The notes below the pieces were generated by a model. It was not told the origin of the DNA. It saw nothing but the letters and a program-made list of their open reading frames with translations, and did no database searches. 64,000 nucleotides of DNA from an uncultured delta proteobacterium (GTDB lineage Bacteria > Myxococcota_A > Polyangia > Polyangiales > Houyiibacteriaceae), in assembly GCA_963753395.1 (NCBI GenBank), contig CAVWBW010000004.1:155062-219061 (forward strand). The letters are read 5' to 3'. The translations under genes were made by a program, and so were the position numbers. How positions within the stretch are numbered: the first letter of the stretch is position 1; every line of letters starts with the position of its first letter. Below, one piece after another: positions 53,126-62,854 of this stretch.

Positions 53126-55408
53126 CTAGCTGTCCGGAGTGATCTCGCCCGTGGCCGGGTCAGATTCGGGCTCGGGCGCGTGCGGAGCGGGCGCGCGGCG
53201 CTTGAGCGCCTCGAGCTCCTCTTGCGCGAACTCGAGCTCTAGCTCGGCGCGGCTCCGGGCAGCGACTGCTTTGGCGACGGCGTCCTGGAGCTCTTCGGTC
53301 TTGGTGGCCTCGGCGTCCAAGCGCACGTCGAGCGCAGCGATCTCGCCTTGAAGCTCGAGAAGGCGTTCGCCCGCTCGCTCGAGCTTGCGCTCCAAGCGTC
53401 TACTCTGTTCTTCCTCGGAGAGGAGCTGCTGACTGGTGGCGGTGAGCTTCTGGTTCGTCGCTGAGAGCGTGCGCTCCGTCGCGGAGAGGTCGCGCTCGGT
53501 TTCCGAAAGGTGCTGCTCGATCGTCGCCTTATCTTGGCGGTTCTGAGCGAGCTTCTCGCGCGTGCGCATCAAGCGGCGCTCTTCATCCTTGAGCTGCGTC
53601 CGGAGCGCGACGACCTTTCCGTCGGTGCGCGCGAGGCGCTTCGCGAGCTCGGTACGAGTGAGTCGGCTCTGCTCGTATCGAAGCTCCAGCTGCTCGGCGA
53701 TTTCGCGCGTGTCGGCGAGGTCTTGCCTAAGGCCAGAAGCCGTGAGCTTGGCTTGCTGCGCCACCTCGCGCTGCGTCTCGGCCTGCTGGTAGAACACCGT
53801 GACGGCCGCGCCCGAAGCGCCGAGCAGAGCGAGCGCCAGCGGGATCGTCCATCGAAGGATCGTCTTGATGCGCGCCCGGCGTTCTTCGGGGAGCTCGAGC
53901 ACGGAGAGCTCTTCGACGAGCTCGTCCGCCGTCGGCCGAACGCTGGCATCGTGGCTGAGCCAGCGCTCGAAGGAAGGCTTCAGGTACTTGAGCGGCCGCC
54001 GGGTCGGCGCGCTCGGGGTTGCCTTGGAGCGCTTCTCGATGAACGTGTCGACTGCACCAGCCGCGACGTCTTCTTGCGTTTCGGGCTCGAGGGCGTTGCG
54101 GAGCGATAGCGCCAGCGCGAATATGTCCGCCTTGTTGCTGACTGCCGGCTTCTGCTCGACGGATGCGAACTGCGCGGCGACTTCCGGTGCGAAGTAGGTC
54201 GGCGTCCCGGCTACGACCATCTCCGCTTCGGTTGCGGCGACACCGAGATCGAGGAGCACGGGTGTGACCTCTTCGGCACCGAAGCCTGGAATGCGGGCGA
54301 GAAAGATGTTCTCGGGCTTCACGTCTTGGTGGCGGACTCCCGCGGCGTGCATGGCAGCCAGCGCACGTGCGAGCGGCTGGAAGATCTTGATCGCTTCGGC
54401 CCGGCTCAAAGGCTCCCGTTGCAATCGCGATTCGAGAGTTTCGCCATCGTACCACGGCATCACGAACCAAAGCCGCTCCTCGAACCAACCATGGTCCTTG
54501 AACTGCACGATCGACGGATGGAACACAGAAGCGATCAAACGAAGCTCGCGGAGAGCGGACTGCTTCGCGCTCTTCGAATGCGCGGCCTGGTGCAGCAGCT
54601 TCAGGGCGACCACATGGCCGGGCACCTCGGTGTCCTTTGCTCGGTACACGTCCCCGAACGCGCCAAGACCGACTCGCGTCTCGATTGCGTACCGGCCGCC
54701 AACGATCGTTCCGCTCCGAAGTGGTTCGATGGCTTCACGCTCGTCGTCATGCGTGCGCGGCGCAGGCTCGAGAGCGAACGCCTCGATGATGACGCGCCCG
54801 AAACGCTCACCGTCTCGAATGCCGTGCTCTGTGAGGAGATCGCGAGCGTGCGTGGTCGCGGCATCCAGCTGCTTCTGCATCGCTTCGCTCGATTTTCCGT
54901 ACACGAACGCGAGCTCTTCGACGCTCAATTCGCGCGCATGCCGAAGCTCCAATAGCTCGGACTCCGCGTCGCTCAGCTCGAAGCGGAGCTTGTTCAACGG
55001 GCTCACCGACATGTGCGCCGAGGGCAGCGCGCGCCAAGGAAGCGCCTCGAGATCTTGCTTTGTGGGCGAGCGGTGCGGGCGGCTCTGGTTGTGCAGGTAG
55101 CCACGCGCAGCGCGGTAGAGACGCGCGCGGACGCCCGGTGCCTTGATCAAGTCGTTACTCTCGGTCTTGGCGACGAACGCGCGGAGCTTTGCGAGGTAGT
55201 GGTCGGCGCGCTCGGTTGAGCCGGTCCGGACCGCGAGGTACTGACGAATGCCTTCCGAGTAGAAGCGAAATGCACGGCCATGCAGGACGTCGACGATCGT
55301 CTGCGGTTGACCTTGCGACAGCGCGATGGATGCTGCGGCCTGAGTCAGAGCTGGGCCTCCATTGTCGAGCGGGCGCAGTTGATTCAGCAGAAAGGGGACG
55401 GTTCCCAT
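53126..55408 (-). CDS. Ser/Thr protein kinase with N-terminal ECF-sigma-like region, TM and C-terminal coiled coil
   Basis: GLGAFGDVY, VALK, HQDVKPENI, DLGVA, GTPTYFAPE; N-terminal L....ELLELRH..ELSVEELA...GKS. Confidence 0.85.
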   Translation of the reverse strand: MGTVPFLLNQLRPLDNGGPALTQAAASIALSQGQPQTIVDVLHGRAFRFYSEGIRQYLAVRTGSTERADHYLAKLRAFVAKTESNDLIKAPGVRARLYRAARGYLHNQSRPHRSPTKQDLEALPWRALPSAHMSVSPLNKLRFELSDAESELLELRHARELSVEELAFVYGKSSEAMQKQLDAATTHARDLLTEHGIRDGERFGRVIIEAFALEPAPRTHDDEREAIEPLRSGTIVGGRYAIETRVGLGAFGDVYRAKDTEVPGHVVALKLLHQAAHSKSAKQSALRELRLIASVFHPSIVQFKDHGWFEERLWFVMPWYDGETLESRLQREPLSRAEAIKIFQPLARALAAMHAAGVRHQDVKPENIFLARIPGFGAEEVTPVLLDLGVAATEAEMVVAGTPTYFAPEVAAQFASVEQKPAVSNKADIFALALSLRNALEPETQEDVAAGAVDTFIEKRSKATPSAPTRRPLKYLKPSFERWLSHDASVRPTADELVEELSVLELPEERRARIKTILRWTIPLALALLGASGAAVTVFYQQAETQREVAQQAKLTASGLRQDLADTREIAEQLELRYEQSRLTRTELAKRLARTDGKVVALRTQLKDEERRLMRTREKLAQNRQDKATIEQHLSETERDLSATERTLSATNQKLTATSQQLLSEEEQSRRLERKLERAGERLLELQGEIAALDVRLDAEATKTEELQDAVAKAVAARSRAELELEFAQEELEALKRRAPAPHAPEPESDPATGEITPDS

Positions 55409-55482
55409 GGTTGCCTCTCACTAAGTGGGGAAAGGTAAGTGTGAGTCACCCATGCGGCTGGCCTCAACAAATCGGCATCCGC

Positions 55483-56892
55483 TTAACCCCAAGCGTGGAG
55501 TGTGTTCAAGGCGTACAGCACTGCGAGGAGAGTCAGTGCGGCAACGATGTTCAGCAGGAAGCCTACGCGCATCATATGCGGTAGCCGGACCAAGCCCGTT
55601 CCATAGGCGACCGCGTTTGGTCCTGTCGCGATTGGAAGCATGAATGCGCAGCTTGCGGACAAACCGACCGCGAGGGCGGGTGGAAGCGGCGACACGTCGA
55701 GCTCGACAGCGGCTGCGATCGCAAGTGGGACGATCATGTTCGAGGATGCGGTATTCGAGCAGGCCTCGGTGAAGAACACGGTGAAGACGATCAGTGCCGC
55801 GGTGAGTCCCCAGAGTGAGCTGATGCCGGTGACGGCCAAGAACCACTGGCTGATGTCGGCTGCCAATCCGGTGTCGAACATCTGGGCGCCCAGCGATAGG
55901 CCGCCCCCGAAAAGAAGGATCAACCCCCAATCGATGCGGGCCGCGTCGTGCCATGGGAGAACTGGGGCTTTTCCATCTTCGTCGCGAAAGAGGAAGAGCG
56001 GCGCGGCCGCGAGGATCGCCACTGCGCCGATGGGAAGGGCACGCGCGACTTCCGCCGCGTAGGGAGCGTCCAGCGCGCGCATGATCCCTGGGACGGTCCA
56101 GCCCGCGACCGCCAGGCCAAAACAAGCGGCCGTCACCTTCTCGCCCCAGGACCAGGGGGAGCTTACCATCGTCACGTTGGTTTCGGCGGGGGGTGGGGGA
56201 GCCAGCCATTGCAGGACGAAGCCGATTACGACGACGAGGCAAAGAGCGGAGGGGATGCCGATGCCCATCCACTGGACGAAGTCGAACTCCACGCCGGCCT
56301 GTTCCTGCAGGAAACGCACGGTGATGAAGTTGGGCGGGCTCCCGATTAGGGTTCCCATGCCCCCGACGGACGCGGCGTACGCGATGGCCAAGACGCTGCC
56401 GGCATTCGTGTCGTCGTCCTCTTCAGGAAGGGTCCCGAGCAGAATCGGGATCAAGATCGCGGCGGTCGCCGTGTTGCTGATCCACATCGACAGCACGAGC
56501 GCGGTCATCATGAACGCCATCCGAATCCGGGTGGGGGAGCCCCGGACCAGCCGAAGAGTCATCAGAGCGCGCGCGATCCGCCGGTCCAGCCCGTGACGCG
56601 TCATCGCTCGCGCGATGAAGAAGCCGCCGATGAACAAGAAGATCAGCGGGTCGGCGTAGGGCGCGAAGGCTGTGCGGCTATCCGTGACGCCGACCACGAT
56701 CATGGCCGGGGCAATCAACAGCGCGGTCACGGAAATGGGCATCACCTCGGTGACCCATGCGACGATCACGGCGGCAAACACGGCGGCCAGATGTTGCGCC
56801 CGCGGCTCCAATCCGAGTGGCGCAAACCACGTCACGACAAAGAGTGTCGGAGTGAGGACGAGACCTACATTGCGCCGCTCGAACACGCGCAT
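55483..56892 (-). CDS. SLC13/DASS sodium:anion symporter
   Basis: SMWISNTAT, GTLIGSPPN, TEACSNTA, FMLPIATGPNA. Confidence 0.92.
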   Translation of the reverse strand: MRVFERRNVGLVLTPTLFVVTWFAPLGLEPRAQHLAAVFAAVIVAWVTEVMPISVTALLIAPAMIVVGVTDSRTAFAPYADPLIFLFIGGFFIARAMTRHGLDRRIARALMTLRLVRGSPTRIRMAFMMTALVLSMWISNTATAAILIPILLGTLPEEDDDTNAGSVLAIAYAASVGGMGTLIGSPPNFITVRFLQEQAGVEFDFVQWMGIGIPSALCLVVVIGFVLQWLAPPPPAETNVTMVSSPWSWGEKVTAACFGLAVAGWTVPGIMRALDAPYAAEVARALPIGAVAILAAAPLFLFRDEDGKAPVLPWHDAARIDWGLILLFGGGLSLGAQMFDTGLAADISQWFLAVTGISSLWGLTAALIVFTVFFTEACSNTASSNMIVPLAIAAAVELDVSPLPPALAVGLSASCAFMLPIATGPNAVAYGTGLVRLPHMMRVGFLLNIVAALTLLAVLYALNTLHAWG

Positions 56893-56987
56893 CCACGCGC
56901 CATCTAGCACGCCCCCCCATGGGTACGTCCAGCCCGGTGCGCCCGAAACTTGCGTCGCATCTCGTTCAGCCCCAAGGTGGTTAAATC

Positions 56988-59210
56988 GTGGGACACGTGC
57001 GCCTTGGACTATTTACGATTCTGGCGTGTGCAGCCTTCTGCGGCTGCGCGCCAAAACAGGATCCTTCTACCGCTCCGGTCGAGGGCGGTGGAAAGAGATC
57101 GAAACGCCTTCCGAACCCGGTGGCAGAGACCGCGCCCGAGGCCATGACGGACCCCGTCGCGTACTGGCGCGAGGGTGAATCGAGCGCACAGGTCGACGCC
57201 GCCAAGGCCGATCAGGAAGGGCACTTGCTCCTCGATTTGGGAGAGGAGTGGACCCCCTACATCCTCAGCGAGGCATCGTCTCTGGACGAGGAGCCGAAGC
57301 CCAACCAGTACCGGGAGACCTACCTCGCGTTGGCACGCGGCGAGTTCCCCGACGACCGGCACGGCTACCGCGCCGAGAAGGATCAGTATCTCGAGCTCTA
57401 CGGCATCCTGCCCACGCTGACGCTCCTCCGCCAACGCTTCGCGGAGGTGGAGGCGCTCGAGTGCGCTGACGCGCTCGACCTAGAGACGCTTCGAAGCTTC
57501 GACGGGTTCCTCGCGTACGAGAAAGGGTACCGTCCCACTCGTCGCGTGAACCGATACAAGCGCTTCAAGCCCCAGATGGCGGCCCTCGTTGCGCGCGCTC
57601 AGGTCGAAAGCCTCGATCAAATCACCCGCGAGCTCGTGGCCGACGACGAAGAGTGGGAGAGGGTCGAGGAGTATCGGAAGATCGCGCCCGAGTACGAGGC
57701 GATCGTGGCGGCACAGGCCCGACTCGAGTGCGAAGGCTTTTTCGAAGGCCGGGGCGCATACACGCCGGGCCTTTTCGATTGGCGCACGCACGAAGCGCTC
57801 GCGGAGTTCGAGCGCCGGCATCGCGTGTACGGCTGGGGCTTCCTCGGCAACGACACTTTGGAGGTGCTTCGGAAGACGCCCGCAGAGACCGAGCAGGAAG
57901 CCGTGATTCGCATGTTGACCGAACGCGCCATGCACGCCGCGGAGGTCATCGAAGACGGAAGCACGTCCACGAAGAACGACGGCGAGCCGCGTACCTACAC
58001 CGATGAGAGCGGGCAGCCGCGACAGATCCCGAACTTCGAGGCCGAGCTCCGCGAGCGGGTCATGGAGGCCTTCGGCTTGCAGACTCCAGAGTCCACCTAC
58101 GCATGGCTGCAGTCGTTGGGCGAGATCCCCGCGCACGAGACGGTCGCGCTCCGCGGCGTCGAGCTGCCACCGTACTACAGCGATTCGATGGATCTCCAGG
58201 TCGAGGTCGACCGGGGCGACGTCTGGTTCGAATTTCCTTATGACGAGGAAGGGCGAAAGCGCTCGCAGCCGGTGGCCCGGCGCCCCCGTCTGACGATCTT
58301 CGTCAACTACAACGATCAGAAGATTCCGCTCGCCCGCTTCGGCACCACGATTGGCGGTTGGCGCGGCGACTACATCGACGGCACCGTCATGCTCAAGTAC
58401 AAGGGCTCGCCGGTCGGAAAGCGCGTCTGGAGCCGCATCTCGGCCGCGCCGATTTGGGTGCCGCCCGAAAGCACGCCGCCTCGCGTGATGCTCTCGAAAC
58501 GCCGGAAGCGCGGCGTAGAGTACTACGAGATCGATTACCACACGACAGGCCCGAGTTACGCGTCGGCCTATGGGTTGGTCGCGGCGTACCACCGGAAGTA
58601 CTACCGAGGCCCTGACGGTGAGCTGCAGCTCGGCGGTGACGAGGGCATCCGAACGCATGGCTCGGTCGACTACATGAGCATCATGCGCCGCCACTCGCAT
58701 GGTTGTCATCGCATGCACAATCACATTGCGGTGCGCCTGATGTCGTTCGTGCTCGAGCACCGTCCGCACACGCGGTACGGCTCGCAACCGATGGAGTACC
58801 GTCGCGAGTTCGAATACGAGGAAGAACTCTACACGATGGAGTTCGAAAAGGGCGGTTACAACTTCGTGCTCGACGAACCGCTCCCGGTCGAAACCCTGGA
58901 AGGACGCGTGCGCGGCAAGGTCAAAGAGCCGATCGAAATCGCGCTTCCGAGGTACGATCGTGAGCTCGAGGCGTATGTCATGCCGACCGGGGAGTGGGTG
59001 ACAGTCGACCGCTACGGGACAATCACGCCGCGCGTGATGCCGTTTGACTTCGACGCGCCGCTCGAGGGGCCGGAGCTCTTGGCGCCCGAAGCGACGACAG
59101 CCGAAGCCACGTCCAGTATCACCGAATCGGGTATGCCGGCGACGGCCCCAGCGTCGATGCCGATGACGACGTCCGTAGTTCCCATGGCACCTGCTCCAAC
59201 CTCTCCCTGA
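56988..59210 (+). CDS. L,D-transpeptidase-like lipoprotein with peptidoglycan-binding-like segment
   Basis: IRTHGS...SHGCHRM YkuD-type catalytic motif; G.FD..T..AL..F.R. Confidence 0.8.
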   Translation: MGHVRLGLFTILACAAFCGCAPKQDPSTAPVEGGGKRSKRLPNPVAETAPEAMTDPVAYWREGESSAQVDAAKADQEGHLLLDLGEEWTPYILSEASSLDEEPKPNQYRETYLALARGEFPDDRHGYRAEKDQYLELYGILPTLTLLRQRFAEVEALECADALDLETLRSFDGFLAYEKGYRPTRRVNRYKRFKPQMAALVARAQVESLDQITRELVADDEEWERVEEYRKIAPEYEAIVAAQARLECEGFFEGRGAYTPGLFDWRTHEALAEFERRHRVYGWGFLGNDTLEVLRKTPAETEQEAVIRMLTERAMHAAEVIEDGSTSTKNDGEPRTYTDESGQPRQIPNFEAELRERVMEAFGLQTPESTYAWLQSLGEIPAHETVALRGVELPPYYSDSMDLQVEVDRGDVWFEFPYDEEGRKRSQPVARRPRLTIFVNYNDQKIPLARFGTTIGGWRGDYIDGTVMLKYKGSPVGKRVWSRISAAPIWVPPESTPPRVMLSKRRKRGVEYYEIDYHTTGPSYASAYGLVAAYHRKYYRGPDGELQLGGDEGIRTHGSVDYMSIMRRHSHGCHRMHNHIAVRLMSFVLEHRPHTRYGSQPMEYRREFEYEEELYTMEFEKGGYNFVLDEPLPVETLEGRVRGKVKEPIEIALPRYDRELEAYVMPTGEWVTVDRYGTITPRVMPFDFDAPLEGPELLAPEATTAEATSSITESGMPATAPASMPMTTSVVPMAPAPTSP

Positions 59211-59261
59211 AGAGCATCAGGAGGGAGCGCCACGCGGTCTCTACGGGGCTTTCTGTATCGC

Positions 59262-59320
59262 TGTGGATAGACCGGGGAAAACGCGCGGGGCTTGTGGAAA
59301 ATTAATCGTATTTCCCACAA
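59262..59320. promoter_or_regulatory. Three DnaA-box-like sites, two forming an 11-bp imperfect inverted repeat
   Basis: TGTGGATAG 59262-59270, TGTGGAAAA 59293-59301 (fits TTWTNCACA on minus), TTTCCCACA 59311-59319. Confidence 0.45.
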
Positions 59321-59392
59321 ACGAATTTCGTTGATCTAGTTTCGTGGATCGGTGACAAAAGGTGTCGGAAGATCGCGACAGCGAGCTCGGAC

Positions 59393-59403
59393 GTTCTTTG
59401 AAT
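59393..59403 (+). promoter_or_regulatory. boxA-like antitermination motif 1
   Basis: GTTCTTTGAAT resembles rrn boxA GYTCTTTRAMA. Confidence 0.55.
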
Positions 59404-60420
59404 CAACCCATTTGACTACGGCAACGAAAGTTGTCGTCTCTCACTCTCACGGGAGTTGGAAGCGGGGCCGCGAGGTCACGCAGTCGGGTTGGCGCGGGAG
59501 CGCGCCGAACGTGTCCGTGGGTCGTGAGGATTGCAAAAGCCGATGTGCTGATGCGTGGGTCCGAGTCGAGCGAAAGCTCCGGCGAGGGCCGTCGACGCGA
59601 GGGGCATCGGTGGAAGGCGCGCTCGAACTGGGACGCCGCTCTGTTTCACCACACGGCGGCCGCGAAGGTTCTCGGCGGAAATCAAAGAGCGACAGGCACT
59701 GGAGCTCTTGGTGCACCGCGACGGCGCGTCACAGGTTCGGTGCTCGGCCGCTTCGGCGGAGCGAGCGCCCGCCTGAGTGAGCGCGGCGCGGTGAAAGCGC
59801 TGGTTCACCGTCAGAAGCCGGTTCGGAGCCGGTGGCGGTAATCCCACGAGGTTCGGGTGCCCATCTTTGAAAACTAAAACTCTGGATTGCACGCGTCGGC
59901 CTGAACGTGCTGCGCGGCTCCATTGCACACGGTATCAATACCGGCAGTGGGGCGCGGGGCGGCATGAGACATCGGATCAACAAGAAGCGCATCCCAACTT
60001 CGCCCACGGCGAGCCGAAAGCCGCGGGTTCAGGTACGGCGAGAGTCGTCGCGGAGTCCAATCACGGCGGTTTGCTAAACCCAAACCGTTGCTGGGACTCT
60101 GTCCGAAGGAGGAGCGTAGGGCGACCTACGCAGCACCCTCGGTATCTCGAGACCTTCAAGTCGAGAGGTACGACGACAGCGCACGGGACGTGTCGGTCAA
60201 AGCTCTTCCAGTGAGTCCAATACCTCACGCGGAGGGTTAGCAGGCTTCCCGACGGGGAATGCATCGCGCCGAAACGTGTCGTGCAAAGCTAGCGTGGCTG
60301 AATAGGCCCGCCATCGAGCCTCGAGCTCGAAATCCAGACAAAGGCGGTCGGGGTGTGCGCACCGTATGTGCGCACACACAACCAAGCGACGAGCAATCGT
60401 CGCGAGGCCAGCGAACTTCC
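59404..60420 (+). ncRNA. Putative large structured non-coding RNA (two domains, about 59410-59860 and 59880-60420); family unrecognised, ends approximate
   Basis: No credible CDS in 1.25 kb; many tetraloop hairpins (GAAA 59426, GCGA 59470, GAAA 59572, cUUCGg 59752, GAGA 60040, GCGA 60121, GCAA 60393); long-range helices 59522-59534/59838-59849, 59881-59888/60331-60338, 59900-59906/60027-60033. Confidence 0.8.
59862..59875 (+). promoter_or_regulatory. boxA-like antitermination motif 2
   Basis: CATCTTTGAAAACT in an A-rich linker between the two structured domains; resembles the 16S-23S spacer boxA TCTTTGAAAAC. Confidence 0.6.
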
Positions 60421-60452
60421 AAAGGGGCGATCCGTGCCGGGTCGCCCCTTTT
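60421..60452 (+). terminator. Intrinsic, possibly bidirectional terminator
   Basis: AAAGGGGCGATCC-gtgcc-GGGTCGCCCCTTTT hairpin with T tail. Confidence 0.85.
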
Positions 60453-60508
60453 CTAATTGGGCGCGGAGATTGGGGTTTGATTTTCGGTACTTGCAGCGTT
60501 TGGGGCTG

Positions 60509-61585
60509 CTACCGGTTCTCGTTCGTTGACCTCACGTTGACATGAGGCGGCGAGGAGGGCTCGAGAGCCTGCACCAAGCGCAGCTGCGCGCGCTGCCCGA
60601 GGTGCGCGTATTGATGCGTGCTCTTGGCCGAAGTGTGCCCGAGCTGCGCTTGAATGGCTTTGATGGAATGCCCGCCCGTGGCGGCCTGGCTGGCCACCGA
60701 ATGGCGGCCGATATGGTGGTGGCCGATCTCCCGGAGCCCAAGAGCTCGTTGGACGAGTTCGGAGGGGCCTCGCGTGGGAGTAGATGCGGTTGGGGAAGGT
60801 ACCCGTCCTTGCTGAACAGGAACTCCGGCCCCGCGTACCCCTGCTGGATGTGCCAGCAAATGGCGTCGACCACGTCTTCGGTGAGAGCAAGGGTCAGCAC
60901 CTTGTTGTTCTTGCGCGGCCCGAGCACGGCGGGCCGGTCCTTGTGGCCCCGCTGCACCGCCCGATCGATGATGAGCTGCGGCGGGATATCCCGGATTCGA
61001 TCTCGCGCGATCGCGTAGACTTCGCCCGTACGAAGGCCGAGCCGGGTCGTGAGGTAGAAGAACGCGTACCATTGGGGGAACATGTCGAACATGCCCCGGA
61101 GCAGCCGGTCGCGCTCCTCTTCCGTGTACCAGTCGATGGCCGGTTCCGGGACGCTCTCCATCGGCACGTAGGGCACCGATTTCAGGTGCCCTCGTCTCCA
61201 CATGAACCGAAGCACCGCCCGCACGATCTTGAGGCGATTGTTGATGGACTCCGGTCCGAGGTGTGTTGGCAAGCCTGCCTTGAGCTCGTCGATCACCGAG
61301 GTGTCGACTTGCTCGATGTACAGATGCCCGATGTGCGACTCGAGGTCGCGCCAGAAGCGCGTGCAGTTGTCTCGGCTGCCCGGCTTCATCGTGGTGGCGG
61401 ACAGGTACATCCTGTACGCATTCGCCATGAGAAAGCGCTTTTGCCCGGAGATGAGCTCCTCCCGCTTTCGTCGTTCGGCTTCGCGCGCCTCGGCCATCGT
61501 TCGGAAGCCAGCTTTGCGCTGGCGCCCGTAGCCCTTCGAGCGTGAAGTCGTACTGCCATGATTTGCTTAGTCTTCTAATGGCCAT
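60509..61585 (-). pseudogene. Tyrosine recombinase/integrase with apparent frameshifts (about 61530 and about 60790)
   Basis: MAIRRLSKSWQYDFT arm-binding-like start, LGLRTGE, K (PRKNNK), HIGRHS, QLGH, HQY distributed over two frames. Confidence 0.85.
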
Positions 61586-61817
61586 GCGGCTCGTTTCCTT
61601 TCTGCGTGGAACTTCCGCATCGCCATGTCCGGATTCGTCAGGAAGAGGTCTAACATACCCCGACGGAATCGGCGCACGCGCGGCCGCCCGTACGACCGGA
61701 ATTCGCCTCCCGGAGACGAGGTTTTCGTAGACGTCGGTTGGACCAGCCGGCGTACGCCGCCGCATGGGCGTAGGTCTGCCAGGCGGCGACATGCGTGCTG
61801 TGAGTCGCATCGGTCAT
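61567..61817 (-). pseudogene. Excisionase-like HTH protein with two apparent +1 frameshifts
   Basis: Reconstructs to MTDATHSTHVAAWQTYAHAAAYAGWSNRRLRNLVSGRRIPVYGRPRVRRFRRGMLDLFLTNPD; overlaps integrase start. Confidence 0.65.
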
Positions 61818-62854
61818 TCCCTGTTATCGGTTTTGCCCCCCAAAAAGTTGCGCGAGCCCATTGCTGGGCGGCCGCGTGACGGAGAGCTTGCTCGGCTCCC
61901 CCGACCGCTGGCTCGTCGGCGCGACCTGGCGCTACTTGTCGCTCGCGGTGCCCTCGTTGTGCACTCGCACGACACTAGTTGGCGTACGCGCGACACTTCT
62001 TGCCGCTTCTTGTTGTTCTTGCCGGGAAGTGTCGCGGTTGTGACCGAAAGCGACAGGTTGTGACTCACCGGCGACAACCAGCGTCAGTTTGCGACTCGCT
62101 ACCGGAGGGCAAGGTGGAGTTTTGTTAAACAAAACTGCAAGCGCAGCGCACGAACTCTTCGCCGTTCGCTGCTCCGCGCTTGATTGACGTGCTCAACGCC
62201 TTCGGCTTATTCGCAGCGGAGGTCCGACGTCGTGGAGACTCCACGGCAAGTGTCCCGTTGTATCCAGAAGATCGGCCAGCGACGGGGGGCTAGGAATTAC
62301 CAGACTGCTCAACGAAGGCGATCCGGGTGGTCGCGTTGTCTAGAACCGTTTCATGCCAGGCGTGCGAATAAGCCGAAGGCGTTGAGCGTGCGGTTCACGG
62401 TCGAGCTCGGGGCGAGGACCCGCGGCGCACGCCGAGCAGTTTTGGTGTCTGCCAAAACTATGCCTTGCCCGAACAGAGTCCGGTTCCTTTTGACGCACAA
62501 TGAACAATTTTGGAACGTACTTCGCGAATCTGAAGCAAAGGGACTCGTATTGCCTCGTAATGACGCAATCTGCATCAGAGTTAGTCAGACCGAACTACTT
62601 TTGCGCAAGAAGATGCAGAGTTATCCAGAAGAGAGCAGGACGAGTCACTATCATTCAAAACGCGCCAGCAAATAATGCGCTGACTCGCGCTGACTTCTTT
62701 CGTGAGCAAGACGTTACGCGGCCAGTTGCAAGGCAGCTAGTGAGCTCGAGTGAATCTCCTTGGAAACGGCACTAGGGTCCGACTAGCTGACGGCGCACAC
62801 GCCGCCACAAACCCTTGGCAGAGGTCCTCGCACTGGTGCTAGGGTCACAGCGCA

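Noticed and set aside
59262-59345. Chromosomal origin oriC
   Set aside because: Only three box-like sites, no extended unwinding element and no dnaA/dnaN/gidA context
59390-60452. rRNA, tmRNA, RNase P, tRNA or group II intron identity for the structured region
   Set aside because: No AGAGTTTGATC or GTGCCAGCAGCCGCGG, no GAGGAAAGTCC, no TTCGA..CCA end, no full D5 helix (GGTGAAAG at about 59790 pairs locally with TTCACC) and no RT/maturase
59352-60456. Short ORFs in the track across the 59.3-60.4 kb gap
   Set aside because: Overlapping, Arg/Ser-rich, no motifs or RBS; RNA structure explains the region better
62184-62775. ORFs in the lower-GC stretch
   Set aside because: No recognisable motif; may be fragments of a decayed gene, not supportable as features
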